Assembly: GCF_020745735.1 (NCBI RefSeq)
Contig: NC_083426.1
Coordinates: 12,152,001-12,216,000 of the forward strand
Reading direction: 5' to 3'
Origin: Hemiscyllium ocellatum
Taxonomy: Eukaryota
DNA length: 64,000 nt
Shown: piece after piece, positions 12,681 to 26,929 of the stretch
Numbering within the stretch: position 1 is the stretch's first letter
Layout: each line of letters starts with the position of its first letter
Notes under the pieces: model-generated
The model's input: the letters and a program-made list of their open reading frames with translations, nothing else
What the model was told of the DNA's origin: nothing
The model's database searches: none
Made by a program: the position numbers and the translations under genes

Positions 12681-13514
12681 CCACAAGCTTTGGGGTTTTG
12701 TCAGTGACATCGGAGACTAATCCCAAGTGTCTAGTTGGCCTAGGTTAAATTTGGGGGATTGGTGGTTGGGCCGGGGAGGATGATGAGATGAGATGTGGGG
12801 ATATTTCTTCACCCAGAGAGTGGTGAGCTGATACAATTCTCTATTACAGAAAGTGGATGAAGGCAAGGCATTGAATGTTTACAGGAAGGAGTTTCTCCAG
12901 TTTGTTTGGGTTAAAGGGATCATTTTGGATTGGCACATGCTATTTCGCTCTTTGAAGGCCTTTGGAAGAATTGTGTAATGTCCCTGCTATAACACTTGGT
13001 GGCATATTCCTGGATTCATGAACTATTTATCATGCAGTTCCTGGAGAACATATAAATGTACAGAGCAGTAGGAACTTTAGCCCCTGTTTACAGCACAGTT
13101 TAATTGATATATCTTCTTCTGGTCCTTTGGAATCTTCCCTATGGATTAATTGATAAAGCTTCTCTCCCCTTTCAGCTGTCCTCTTTGTGATTCATAACCT
13201 ACATCCCACTCAGGCCGGACCCCGATACATCTGTCCACTGTTTGCTCCATCCATATCCAACAATGTCCTTCAAATGGACCAGGCCCCACAACATTAGCCT
13301 CCAGCAAGTGCTGTACAAGGGCAGCTCTCTCTCCAATTTGCAGACAAAAGTAACTAACACTTAGTCTCATGATACATTCATAGGTTTCTATCACATATAC
13401 CCTTGAGAATATTCACACGTTTTTCTTATGATGTCAAACCACAATGAACATCAAAACATGTGACAAATGTGGAAACCTCATTTTCACACCTCAGCCTCTT
13501 GAAAATAGACAGCA

Positions 13515-13840
13515 CAGTAGTTCAGTGGTTAGCACTGCTACCTCCCAGCTCCAGTGGCTTGGATTCAGTTCAAGCCTTGGGTGACTGTGTACATGTAGTT
13601 TGTACGTTCTCCTTGTAGGTTTGCTCTAGGTGCTACAGTTTCCTCCCATTGTCTAAAGATGTGCAGGTAAGGTGGATTGACCATGCTGAATTATGCATAG
13701 TGTCCAGGGATGTGTAGGCTAGATGGGTTAGCCACGGGACATCTGGGATTATGGAAACAAAGTGGGTTCTGAGTCTGGTCAGAGGGATAGTGAGATGGGC
13801 TGAATGGCCTCTTTCTGCACTGCAGGGATTCTATGATGCT
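13515..13840 (+). mobile_element. HE1-related SINE, diverged
   Basis: cagtggttagcactgct head and core. Confidence 0.75.
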
Positions 13841-14104
13841 TATTTAGATCCCTCATTGACCATGAGGATTTAATGGCCTAAACTGAATGTGTGTTCATTT
13901 AGAATAAACCATTCACATGTAGCGTGCTACAAACAGAAACATATTTACAAATAATTTTGGAATGAAAACTATTTTACAATATTTAAATTTTAATTTGATA
14001 AAATGTTAAAATGATTTGGTTTAATTCAAATTAATTTGGATTGTAATTTTTGGAATTTTCTTGGCCATTCCTAATTGCTCTTGAGAAGGTGACGGTGTGC
14101 TGCC

Positions 14105-14712
14105 TTATTGAACATAAGATTGGAGGCAGAGTATTGTGATAGATAGAAAACTGGTTGGCAGACAGGAAACAAAGAGTAGGAATAAATGAGTCTCTTTCCG
14201 AATGGCAGGCAGTGACGAGTGGGCTACCATCAGGATCAATACTAGGGCCCCAACTATTCACAATATATATTAATGATTTGGATGTGGGAACTAAATACTG
14301 TTAGTCCAAATTTGCAGATGACACAAAACTGAGTGGGAGGGTGACCTGTGACAATGTTGCAGAGATGCTTCAGTGAGATTTGGACAAGCTGAGGAAGTGG
14401 ACAAATGTAGGGCATTTACAAAAAAATGTGGATAAATGAGAGGCAATCCACTATAGGAGCAAGAAGAAGAAGGTGCATTTTGAAATGAAAAGCTATAAAT
14501 TGAGAGAGGGGAATGTGCAATGAGCCCTACGTATCCTCATTCAGCAGTAACCAACACTAACCATGCAGCTGCAGCAGGCAGTAAAAAGACAAATATAATG
14601 CTGGCTTTCATTGTGAGAGGATTTGAGTAAAAGATCAAGGATCTCTTGTGGCAATTATACAGAGCCTCGATGAGACCACATCTGTATGTGCAGTTTTGGT
14701 CTCCTTGTCTAG
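14105..14712 (+). mobile_element. CR1 RT fragment
   Basis: SGLPSGSILGPQLFTIYINDLD, KFADDTKL. Confidence 0.8.
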
Positions 14713-14715
14713 GGA

Positions 14716-15100
14716 AGTTAAAAATCACACAACACCAGGTTATAGTCCAACAGGTTTAATTGGAAGCACACTAGCTTTCGGAGCAACGCTCCTTCATCAG
14801 ATGATAATGGAGGGCTCGATCCTAACACACAGAATTTATAGCAAAAATTTAGTGTGATGTAACTGAAATTATACATTGAAAAATTAATTGTCTATTGAAT
14901 CTTTCATCTGTTTGAATACCATGATAGTTTCACAAGTGAGTTTCACACTAAAGTTTTGCTATAAATTCTGTCTGTTAGGATTGAGCCCTTCACTATCACC
15001 TGATAGGTAGCGTGCTTCCAATTAAACCTGTTGGACTAGAACCTGGTGTTGTGTGATTTTTAACTTTGCACACCCCAGTCCTACATTGGCATTTCCAAAT
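14716..15100. mobile_element. Penelope-like terminal inverted pair inserted in a CR1
   Basis: Head-to-head arms of the aatcacacaacaccaggttatagtccaacagg family, flanked by the 9-bp direct repeat cttgtctag (14704-14712, 15101-15109). Confidence 0.7.
14768..14803 (-). ncRNA. Minimal hammerhead ribozyme motif, second Penelope family
   Basis: CAU CUGAUGA A GGAGC-guu-GCUCC GAAA GC UA GUG; palindromic AGCU stem III and CUA cleavage triplet. Confidence 0.65.
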
Positions 15101-15179
15101 CTTGTCTAGCAAAAGTGATCTTCCTATAAACGGAGTGCAGTGAAGTTATGATTTGATTTGATTTACCACTGTATTTTGA

Positions 15180-16075
15180 TTATATTGGTAGCTTTCATGA
15201 GGAAGCGGGAAGTATAGATGGAGTCAATGGATGGGAGGCTGGTTTGCGTGCTGGACTGGGCTGTGTTCACAACTCTCTACAGTTCCTTTGAGTCTTAGGA
15301 AGAGCAATTGTCATACCATAATGTAATGCATTCACCTAGCATGCTTTCTACTGTGCATCTGTAAAAATTTGTAAGAGCCTTTATAGACATGTCAAATTTC
15401 CTTAGTCTCCTGAGGAACGAGAGGTGTTGCAGTGATTTCTTCAATATAGTGCCAAAATGGATGGACCAGGACTGATGGTTAGTAATCATCATTCCCAAGA
15501 ACTTGGTCTCTTGACAATCTCCACTTCAACACCATTGATACAGACAGGGATGTGACTTCCATTCTGCTTCCTGAAGTTAATGACCAGCTCCTTCATTTTG
15601 CTGACACTGATGAGGAGACTTTTTGTCTTTACACCATGCAGTTAAGCACTCTATTTCCTTCTTGTACTCCATTTTGATGTTGTTAGAGATCCGACCTACA
15701 ATGGTGATGTCATTAGCATACTTGTAAATGGAGTTGCTTGGAATTTGGTCACTCAGTCACGCGTGTATAAGGATTGTAGTGAGGAGCTGTGTGCACAGCC
15801 TTGTAGGTTACCGGTGTTGGGGATTATCATGGAGGAGATGTTGTTGCCTATCCTTAGTGACTGCGGTCTGTTGGTCAGGAAGTCGAGAATCCAGTTACAC
15901 GGTGGGGGGGAGCAGTGACCTCGGTCCCAGAATTTGGGGATTGCTTTGTTGGAATATAGTGTTGAACGTGGAGCTGTCATCAATAAGTAGGAGATTAATG
16001 TATATATCTTTGCTGTCCATATACTCTAGGAATGAGTGTAAGGCCTCTGATATAGACTTGTTGCATCCATGAGGC
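15180..16075 (-). mobile_element. Rex1/Babar-like LINE RT fragment
   Basis: [19 protein letters not shown]; QHLSFLRRLRKF..LTNFYRCTVESML. Confidence 0.75.
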
Positions 16076-18489
16076 ACGTTGCTTGATTTTTGTTTGCCAG
16101 AATGATCCCTGGGATGGCATGACTGGTGAGTGAAGAGTGATTGAATCTATTAGGATCATATTCACTGGAGCTCAGAAGAATGAGGGGGGGAGTATCATAG
16201 AAACCTAGACCATTCCAACAGCAATGATGTAGAAGGGATGTTCCTCATGATGGGGAGCCCAGAAGCAGGGGTCAATAAAATGTGGAGCTGGAGAAGGCTC
16301 AGCAGCTCAGCAGCATCAATGGAGCAGGAGAGTCAATGTTTGGGCAGATGAAGGGTCCAGCCAGAATCGTCAACACTCCTGCTCTTTTGATGCTGCTTGA
16401 CCTGCCGAGCTTTTTCCACCACCATGTTTTATCGCTTCTGACTTTCTAACATCTGGAGTTCTCACTACCTCCCAGACCCAGGGGTCACAGACTCAGTGCA
16501 CAAGGTAAACCATTTATGACTAAAATGAGGAAAGCTTCTTCATCCAGAGAGTGGTGAGTTTGTGGAATTCAATACGACAGAAAGCAGTCGACACCATATC
16601 ATCATTTGAATTCAAGGAGGAGTTGGACATAGCACTTGAGGATAAAGGGATCAAACAATGTGTCAAAAAAGTGGGAACAAGCTGTAGAGTTGGATTATCA
16701 ACCATGATAATTTTGAATATCAGTCCAGGCTCAAAAGTCCGAATGATCTACTCATGTTCCTATTTTCAATGGTTCTTTGGTTCTATGGTTTATCGCTGCA
16801 GTCGATGTGTTGTAGGTAGACACACAATGCCATATGGGAGGGAATTCAGAACCAGCAGTAGTGAAGGAACAGTGACATATTTCTTAGTCAAGAAGGTTAG
16901 TGACTTGGAAGGTAACTTGTAGGTGTTGGTGTTGCCTTGTATATAATGCTCTTGTCCTCTTCGATGGAAATGGTTGTGGGTTTGGAAGATGGTGGCTAAG
17001 GATCTTTGGCATATTTCTGCAGTGCATCTTGTAAATGGTACATGCTGCTGCTAGGAGTGTCAGTCGTAGAAGTAGTGGATGTTTATGGATGTGGTGTCAA
17101 TCAAGTGGACTGCTTTGCTTTGGATCTGTCAAGCTTCTTGAGTGTGTTTGGAGCTGCATCCACACAGGCAAGTGGGGAGAATTCCATCACAGTCCTCACT
17201 TGTTCCTTGTAGATGGTGGATAGTCTGTGCAGAGACAGGTGGTGAGTTATTCGCTGCAATAATTCTAAATTCTGAGCTGCTCTTGTAGCCATTGCAGTTA
17301 TATCTGGTTCATTTTCTGGTAAATGGTAATTCCAGGTTGTTGATAGTGGGGGACTCCCTAAAGACAAAAGGAATCGTGATGGACACAAATTACCCATTTC
17401 TCACAAGCAACTCCTATGGATCCATCAGGTGTCACAGGTTCATGAAACATCAGGCTGATGACTGCAGCCAAGGTGTTACATTTTAATGTTGGCAATACTG
17501 TGTTTGAACATAATGTGCAGTAATTGTGCTGTGGTTTGGGACACATCATGGCACAGTTGGACTCAAAATTGTGCGCAGGGGTATGGAATCACTGTTTCTC
17601 ACATCTCTGGAGGGAAAGGCTCCTTCTATTTGGAGCTTCTCAAGGGAGTCCAAAGGTGTGCAGGTCAGGTGGATTGACTGAACAAGTTGCCCTGTAGTGT
17701 CCTGGGACATGCAGGCTGGATGGATTAACCATGGGAAATGGGAGGTTATGGAGTAGGATGGGTTTGGGTGGGATGCTCTTCAGAAGGTTAGTGCAGATTT
17801 GATGGGACAAATGGCCTCTTTCCCACTATATGGGTTCTATGATTCCATTTGAATCATCTACAATTGACAGCTGACATGTCCATTATCTTAGAGCCTCGTA
17901 GTTTGCTGAGAAAAGCTGTACATAATACTGCTCATTGCACAATCAATGCTGTCTGACAAGAAGCTCAATACTGGGAAAAAAAGATGGTAACTGACTCTGG
18001 CCCACTCTGCAAGTGGTGTCAGACATTGTTGTGGTTAACTTTGGGTAAAAACATGTGAGGTTTCAACCTCGTGTTTGTGTATGTTACTTGCAGTCTGTCA
18101 ATGATGCACAATGCTCCTTTCGCTTCCCTTTTGTGTTGCTGTTCCTCTGTCCACAATGCCCTTTTATGTTCCCCTGTTTCTGTTCAACCTCTTTACACAA
18201 TCATTATGTCCCTCAATTACTACTAGAGCTCAGATCTTTGAGAATTGCCAAGCTCTTGTTGTCCCTAAACTCTCCCCAGGTAGAGACTAGACTGATAGTG
18301 ACTGAGGAAAGCCCCACCTCCTGTAGCCCTCTGGAGCCTACTATGTTTGAGGACAGCCCACTGAAGAACTGATTTTAACGTTTTCTTCCCTCTTTAGACC
18401 AGATAAGACTCAGGTTTCTTTGTCTGGACATTTATTAAGTCATGCATTAGGCTGAACATATCAAAAAATGGCAACTAGCTCAATTCTTG

Positions 18490-18810
18490 AGTGGAACTGT
18501 GGTTAGCACTGCTGCCTTACAGTTCCAGAAACCTGGGTTCAATTTCACACCTCAGCTGACTGTCTGTATGGAGTTTGCATGTTCACCATATGTCTGTGTG
18601 GGTTTGCTCTGGTTTCTTCCCACACTCCAAAGGTTATATGAATTGGCCACACCAATTTGCCCATCGTGTTCAGGGGTGTGTTGGCTAGCTGCATTCAGTC
18701 AAGGATAAATGTAGGGTAGGGCACTGGATCTGGGTGGGTTACTATTCGGAGACTCAGTGTGGGCTTGTTGGTTTGAAAGGCCTGTTTCCACAGTGTAGGG
18801 ATTCTAGTTC
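18490..18810 (+). mobile_element. HE1-related SINE, diverged
   Basis: Head and core recognisable. Confidence 0.75.
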
Positions 18811-20860
18811 TTCTTCAGGGATAAAAACAATTCTTACAGATAGCATGCTTCCAACCACCACTTCCTCCAAATTTTAATTTTCAATCAAGCAGTTACACAT
18901 TTACCCACCCCTAACTCTTACTAACAGTGTCTGCTTTCCAGGTTATTACACATAACTATATTAACTAAATTATCCAATTGTATTCAAATCAGTACATGTG
19001 ATTGTATTACCCAATCATGTTAAACATGCTCACATCCCTCACTGTAAGTACATCATCTGTCCTTAGGTCCATATTTAGGATTAGCAGAAACCTTGTACTG
19101 ACTATTTGTTCCCCTTCGAATTATCTTCCCTTATCTCAAATTGCCTCTTTTCTTTGTAATCATTTCCTCAGCAATGCTGTCCAATAAAATCCATCCCCAG
19201 GCTTGACTTGCATTGGAGAAACCAGAAAGTCGACATTCCTGCTTGTACGATGCTGTCTGACCTGCTGTGCTTTTCCAGCTCCACATTTTATCAACTCTGA
19301 CTTCCAGCATCTGTAGTCCTTGCTATTTCCCAGTCTTGACTTAACGGTTTCCCTCAGGCCTCCCCGATAAATACTCAAAACTTTCATAATCAAGGCTTCA
19401 ATGAAGTTTTAGACAATTGATCGGCAAGTTGCAGTTGGCAGTTAGCTGCTGTGATTTGCATGTTGGGAATTTGCACTGTCTAGTTTCGGGGAGAAGGAGA
19501 GGAGGAGAATTGGAAGGGACAGATAAATAGCAGAGTTAGGCAATGAATGAGACACAATGCTTGAAAATGTGTTGGTCACCACTCAATAGCAAAATTCTAT
19601 TGTTTCCGTTTAAATCTTAAAGGAGTTAATGGCAAAGTCTTTTCTTGACAAGAGATTCTGATTTCTCATTCTTGCCTTATTCCAACTTTTCACTGTTTCC
19701 CAAATTTTTCCAGGATGAGAAAAATTCCACCCACTTTCCTATTTATACAGGAGTGTCCCCATTCTTCTATTAAAAATGTACATTGATCTATCCCATGTAA
19801 AAATAAAACATTTTATTGGTGTCACTGATTTCCAGTGACTGAATCATTCAAATTGTTCCTTTCTTATAAAATCAGCATTCCACTGGGACACATTAGGGCA
19901 AAAAAAAAGAGACGATAAGTTTAATTGTGCATGTCACATTGGCAGACAGATAAGTATTAATCAGCTGTCAATATAAAACCTGGAGGTTCAGTTTTTGGTT
20001 CTTGCTCCTTTAATTTAATCACCAAAATCATTTAATGACAAATCTCTTTCATTATATAGAATTAAGAAATGTTCAAAATAAGATAAATGATTATTATTTG
20101 ATCAGATTGCAAAATTTCAGCCCATGTTGAAGTAGCAGAAATCTTCATTTTCCCACCTTGCTCATATTTGTTCACTCTGTAACTGGGGAAATAAAAAGTC
20201 GCAGAGTTCTTTGAGATGGGGAGTAATGCCTTACTTTACATGTCGTCTCTATTCAAAATTTTGGAAATGGAAATAATTTGAGATGAAGCTTGTGACAAAC
20301 TGTATCTGTGTCTAGATCACATGACTCCCTCTGCATCATCCTTTATATATGTGATAAAAATGTATGGTATTTGAATGCCACTTTATCACAAGTAGTTAAT
20401 GTCTCACTGCATTTGATATGAACAATGGGAGCAGAGATATATTGAAATTTCCGCTTTATCAAATATGTTTTCTATAAATATACCCAGTTGATATTTTCAG
20501 CAAAATAAAAGCATCAGGTTGGAGACTCTTGCTGCAGTCTGGAGAATTTGAAGTCTTCCAGTATTCTTGACCAAAATCAAGTCTCCCTAGACCTATGTCT
20601 TTTTCCCCCTTTCCCTATTGACTGTTTTATAACTGGACTAAAAGATGAGAGGGTTCTGTATTGTGGAGCTTCAATAGAAAGAGACCACAGGGGCAGCTCA
20701 TTCAACTCCTCCAACCTGTTGCACCAATCAATTGGATTACATTGGACTGACCTTCAGCTCAACTTTATTTTCCAATCATTGGCCCATGTCCCTTTATAAT
20801 CTTCCCCGATACTCTGATCTCATCCCTAAAGGGGCTTCACCAAGACTCTATACTACCTCT

Positions 20861-20916
20861 GGAACAGGAAATTCGACGTTTCGGGACAGAGCCCTTCATC
20901 AGGAATTTCCTGTTCC
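20861..20916 (-). ncRNA. Type I hammerhead ribozyme motif (Penelope-derived) with 14-bp stem I
   Basis: Minus strand reads GGAACAGGAAAUUC CUGAUGA A GGG-cucugu-CCC GAAA CG UC GAAUUUCCUGUUCC: intact core, palindromic ACGU stem III and GUC cleavage triplet. Confidence 0.75.
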
Positions 20917-21082
20917 TTGGATGCTGCCTAACCTGCTGTGCTTTAACCAGCAACACATTTTCAGCTCTGATCTCCAGCATCTGCAGACCTCACTTTTTAC
21001 TCTATACAACCTCTGCATGTTTGAATTCCAATCTTGAAATAAAGGTCAACATTCGATTCATCATTTCAACAGTCAACAATGT

Positions 21083-21352
21083 AGACCCGGGTTCAATTCC
21101 CGACTCAGGCGACTGACTGTGTGGAGTTTGCACGTTCTCCCCGTGTCTGCGTGGGTTTCCTCCGGGTGCTCCGGTTTCCTCCCACAGTCCAAAGATGTGC
21201 GGGTCAGGTGAATTGGCCAAGCTAAATTGCCCGTAGTGTTAGGTAAGGGGTAAATGTAGGGGTATGGGTGGGTTGCGCTTCGGCGGGTCGGTGTGGACTT
21301 GTTGGGCCGAAGGGCCTGTTTCCACACTGTAAGTCTAATCTAATCTAATCTA
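21083..21352 (+). mobile_element. HE1-type SINE, 5'-truncated, young
   Basis: CpG-rich core and (aatct)n tail. Confidence 0.9.
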
Positions 21353-22479
21353 AAAAATGTTCCCATTAAACAGAACTTTAGAAATTGTTGTATGCTTTCC
21401 AAGATGAGCATTTCTTTTCTGGGTTTTGCTGCTAAAACTGAATTTCTGGAAGGTCTACACAACTGACACATCACTTCCTCACAGCTTTCTCCATTAGTTT
21501 CTGCATCTGCAACTTTTTATGATTTATGACATGGCTAGATTCATTATTCCTTCATGTCATCTCATGAATGAAATTTGATCTGATTTGCCTTTCTCAGATT
21601 CAATGTGGAAGAACTCACACCTGCCCAGAATGAGCTCCATCTCCCACAGATTGGTCCATTCACTCTAACTGGTACTCCAACATCGTACAGAGCTAATCTT
21701 CTATGGTCAGTTGAAGAATTAGCTGAAAGTTCCATCTGTTTGTTCTGGGGTATACAAAAAATGCCAGGGCACTATCAGAAGAAGAGGAAAGGACGTTGCT
21801 AATGGTCTAAACATATTGTCTGGGTATTCAGCTACTTTGCTGATCTTGATGTGCAACAACATACAAACTCTCTGTCATTTTTGCCCGGATAATGAAAGTG
21901 AAATGGCAAATACATCTACAAAATTTTAAAAACACTTGGGACATATTGAAGTCTTAAAAACAGGTGTATGCATTTTGTTACAAGAACACCCAGTGATATC
22001 GGAAAACATTCTTTATTTGTCAAAATTATTCGGGATTGTCTACCAATTATGTCTGAATGGTGCAACTACAGAACTGAGAAAAGGCTGAATGAATTTCAAA
22101 AGCTTTCGACATCCTGATGTCAAGACAGGGACGATAGACATTTTGTGAATGGTCCATTCAATGATAAAGTGAAACTTGCATTGATTGAGAGTTATTCTGG
22201 ACTAAGGGTACCGATCACGACTGGATGGATGCAAGTTAGGATCAAGAATCCTGACGCTGCCCAAAATTAATCCATTTTATTTTATTTAAATTGCACACAT
22301 TTTAAAAATTATTCAAATGATCTGCAAAAAGAATTGTTTCATCCAGACAAAATTAAGTGATTCATATTGTTTACAATATCTGTGATGAATGAGTTTGAAA
22401 CACGGTCTGAGAAACATAGAAAATGTGCCCTGGAAAATGTCACTCTGGCCTCATGCAAGCTCCACAGTTTAACTAAATA

Positions 22480-23667
22480 ATGGCTGATCAGCTCCTGCAA
22501 CATTATATCACTGCAATATCCCCATACTCCTTCACCATGGCTAATCCGCTACTGCAACATTATATCACCGCACTATCCCCATATCCCTTCATTATGGCTA
22601 ATCAGCTACTGCAACGTTATATCACTGCACTATCCCCATATCCCTTCACCATGGCTAATCAGCTACTGCAACATTATATCACCGCACTATCCCCATATCC
22701 CTTCACCATGGCTAATCAGCTACTGCAACATTATATCACTGTACTATCCCCTTATCCCTTCACCATGGCTAATCAGCTACTGCAACATTATATCACTGCA
22801 CTATCCCCATATCCCCAATCCATGGCTAATCAGCTCCTGCAACGTTATATCACTGCACTATCCCCATATCCCCAATCCATGGCTAATCAGCTCCTGCAAC
22901 ATTATATCACTGCACTATCCCCATATCCCTTCACCATGGCTAATCAGCTACTGCAACATTATATCACCGCACTATCCCCATATCCCTTCACCATGGCTAA
23001 TCAGCTACTGCAACATTATATCACTGCACTATCCCCATACCCCTTCACCATGGCTAATCAGCTACTGCAACATTATACCACTGCACTATCCCCATACCCC
23101 TTCACTATGGCTAATCAGCTGCCGTAACATTATATCATTGCACTATCCTCATACCCCTTCACCATGGCTAATCAGCTACTGCAACATTATATCACCGCAC
23201 TATCCCCATATCCCTTCACCATGGCTAACCAGCTACTGCAACATTATATCACTGCACTATCCCCATACCCCTTCACCATGGCTTGTCAGCTACTGCAACA
23301 TTATATCACCGCACTATCCCCATATCCCCAAACCATGGCTAATCAGCTACTGCAACATTATATCACTGCACTATCCCGATACTCCTTCACCATGGCTAAT
23401 CAGCTACTGCAACATTATATCACTGCACTATCCCCATATCCCTTCACCATGGCTAACCAGCTACTGCAACATTATATCACCGCACTATCCCCATATCCCT
23501 TCACCATGGCTAACCAGCTACTGCAACATTATATCACTGCACTATCCCCATACCCCTTCACCATGGCTTGTCAGCTACTGCAACATTATATCACCGCACT
23601 ATCCCCATATCCCCAAACCATGGCTAATCAGCTACTGCAACATTATATCACTGCACTATCCCCATAT
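22480..23667 (+). repeat. Minisatellite, 21 units of 57 bp
   Basis: ATGGCT recurs every 57 nt from 22480 to 23620. Confidence 0.97.
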
Positions 23668-26282
23668 CTGTTTATTTCATTAGAAATTTCAGAAACTGGA
23701 AGTCTAGCTTCTCTGTTTTAAACATATTCAGTAGTCAGCTTCCACATCCCTCTGGGGTTGTGAATTCAAAGTCTCACCCCCTCTGTGTGAAGGGGATGAG
23801 GCCCTGTTCTGAGACTGTGTTCCCTGGTCCAGATATCTATGGAGTAGGATGTAATTAATGGAGTGTTTACAAAGTGCTCAAAATGGTTCTTATAAAATAC
23901 ACAATCCTCATCTTAGATTTTTGAGTATATGTTGTAACAGAAACAGCTGTAACCACCGAGAATGAAGAGCACCCATTGCATCAAATTCCAGGCAACTTAC
24001 CGGTGCAATAGGGAAGACACACAAAATTCCTTATGGAAACAAGATTACTTCATGTTTTAAACAATTATTCACTATTTGCATTATGATCTTAGAATATTAG
24101 AGCCAGGGAAAATAGCACAATAAGGGACTTAAGCAAGAAAACTAAATAACAGTTTAATTTATCATGATCATTTGACGAAGTTCTAATGAAACACATTTCT
24201 GTAGTGCATTCTGTAATGCTCAGCACAATGTTATACATGAGGATTATTAGACATGGATCGATATTTGTGGGAGGGACTGCATTCTGGTGTAATATTCCTG
24301 TGGTTGAGAAGTCTCTTCAGTCAGTGAGGAACTCAGAATAGCATCATCCCACACTGCTCCTGCACCTTCTAACAAGCAAGGCCTGACCAGCTGGAACCAG
24401 ACAGCCTCCCACCCTCTCAGTTTTGGAATAATGTTTAACATGAGAGAACAGAGGAGGAGAAGATGACAGAGAATGTAACATACCTGTCAATGATATTCCA
24501 GAATGAACAGGATTAATAATTTCTGAAGTATGACAAGTACAGTTCCATGGGATTTGGTGAATGGTGAAGGAGCTAACATGGAGAATGAAAGCCTCTGGGA
24601 GGTGGCAAACAGAAAATACTGAATTCTTTATTTTGAATTCCTATAAGCAAAAATAGCAGCTTTGTAAGGAAACTAAAAACATTGTTTAAACCCAGCCACC
24701 ATTTCTCCATCTTGATAAATTATTGTCTTAAATCAGGAATTACTAATGTATAATAAGCCTTTCTAATTTATATCTTCATTTATTAAGAGTTGAATACAAT
24801 GCTAACAATGCTAAGCATCACTTAGTTAGTGAATATCAAAGATTGAGTGAAAATATTCCTCTTTATCTCTGTCCTAAATGGCCTGCCTCTTATTCTGAGA
24901 TTGTTTCCCTTTGTTCTTGACCTCCTGACCTTTGGAAACATTATCCTACATCTACCCTGTCGAGCCCTGGAAGTATTTTGTGTGACTGAATGAGATTCTT
25001 TGAAACTCCAGAGATTATATTCCTAGTTTCTTTACTCTTTCTTCATTGGATAATCAGTCCATCCCTTTGTTGCATTCCCTCTCTGGCAAGTATATTTGGG
25101 GAAGGTTACCCATACTACACACAATACTCCAGCCATGGTCTCACCAAGGATCTCTATGATTGCAAGAAGACATCTTTACTTCTATACTCAATTCCTCTAA
25201 TAATAAAGTAAAACAATGAATGGCAGTTGCAGGAGATCTGAACTTAAAACATTAATTGCTGCAGAAACTCAGCAGGTCTGGCAACATCTATTGGAAGAAA
25301 TTAGAATAGACATTTCAAGTAAAACTCTTCATCAGAACCATTAGCAGCTTGGAAAAAGTGACATTTATCCTAAAACTGGATATGGGGAATGGAGTGGGAA
25401 AGGGGAGAAGGGGAGAGGTGAGCAGAGCCCAGAATGAGAGAGACATGAAAGGGATCTTGCAATAAATGACAACTTACCATTTTCTTTCACAATTGTTTGC
25501 TGTACCTGCAAGTTAACCTTCAGAGATTCATGAACAAGGCCACCAAGGCCCTTAATAATTCAGCATTTCTCAGACTTTCACCATTTCAGAAACTGTCTGG
25601 GAATCTGTTTCTCCTACCTGGCATGGATAACAATGACAACTTCACGAGTGTATTCAAATCCCATAGAGACAGAAGGAAAATAATTAGATTCATCGTCTAC
25701 CATTTGTAATCAACCAAGAGAGCTCTTTCTCAAATAGAGAATCCACAGTTCTTTTTAGGATAATGGATTTGGATGAATTAATTTTAGTATAAGGTTCCCC
25801 CTGTTTAGTAGCAAAGAAAAATGTAGCAGGAACTTAATTTTCACTTGTAATTTTTGTCTTTCCTCTGTATGAACATCGATGATACTCAGTTTATACAAAA
25901 GCATTTAAAGGGCTTAACATGGACAATAATCCTGAGATCCCCTTTCTTGTTATAGTTGCAGCAACAAAGCTACGAATCTTTATGAAAACCTTGATCCCCT
26001 TTCTTGGCATGTTTAAACAGAAAGGAAAGTTCCAGCCACAGATCTGGTCACTGCCCCACTGGACAATGGAGGACAGCAACCACTGTTCTGTCCTGGAGTG
26101 ATATCCATGATGGTAAAAGATTGTCAGTTTTGCCTTGAATCACAGGAAAGTTCACCCAAAAATTACTGCTGTTTCTTTGAGTGGACATGAGTGGAGATGC
26201 ATTGAATTTTGCTGAGAGTTTCTATATAAACATACATTTCCTGTTGTTTAAATATGTGAGTGTTACATTGCATATATTTGTG

Positions 26283-26535
26283 GACGGCACGATGGCACAG
26301 TAGTTAACACTGCTACCTTACAGCACCAGAGACCTGGGTTCAAATCCTGCCTGCGGGTGGTCTGGTTTCCTCCCACAGTCCAAAAATGTGCAGGTTAGGT
26401 GAATTGGCCATGCTAAATTGCCCGTAGTGTTAGGTGAAGGGATAAATGGGTCTTGGTGGGTTGCTCTTCGGAGGGTTGGTGTGGACTTGTTGGGCCAAAG
26501 GGCCTGTTTTCACACCGTAAGTAATTTAATCTAAC
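26283..26535 (+). mobile_element. HE1-type SINE with internal deletion
   Basis: Head joined to mid-core. Confidence 0.85.
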
Positions 26536-26929
26536 ATTAACCTGTCACCCGGCAATATTGAAAATGCTCATATCGTGCATCTAAGAGTGGGTTCACTGCT
26601 TTTTTCAGACTTTGGCAGGAAACCTCATTCCCTAGCAATAGATATACTGAATATTTTATTTTAATGAGTCTAATTGCAGGCAGAAGAGGGGTGGCCTCCT
26701 TGAGTGAGCACTCAGATCATTGCCTTCAATATACTTCAATCAAACGTTTGTTTAAAATATAATAAATAATGTGCATTGATGCAAAACATTCCACAAACTC
26801 AGGACAGCCAAAGAGCTTCCCAGGTAAATTTCCTTTGGCGAATGGGTACATGGAGACCAGCAGCTGTTCCTTTAAGGACTTTGAAGGTTCTATGTGAGCA
26901 AGAGTTGAACTCTGCACTTTAGTTCTCAG

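Noticed and set aside
21599-21802. Strong plus-strand acceptor followed by a 65-aa ORF
   Set aside because: No recognisable domain or partner exon.
22480-23721. Repetitive 181-215 aa ORFs as a protein-coding gene or CRISPR-like array
   Set aside because: Head-to-tail 57-bp units with no unique spacers, no splice context and probable CR1-tail origin.
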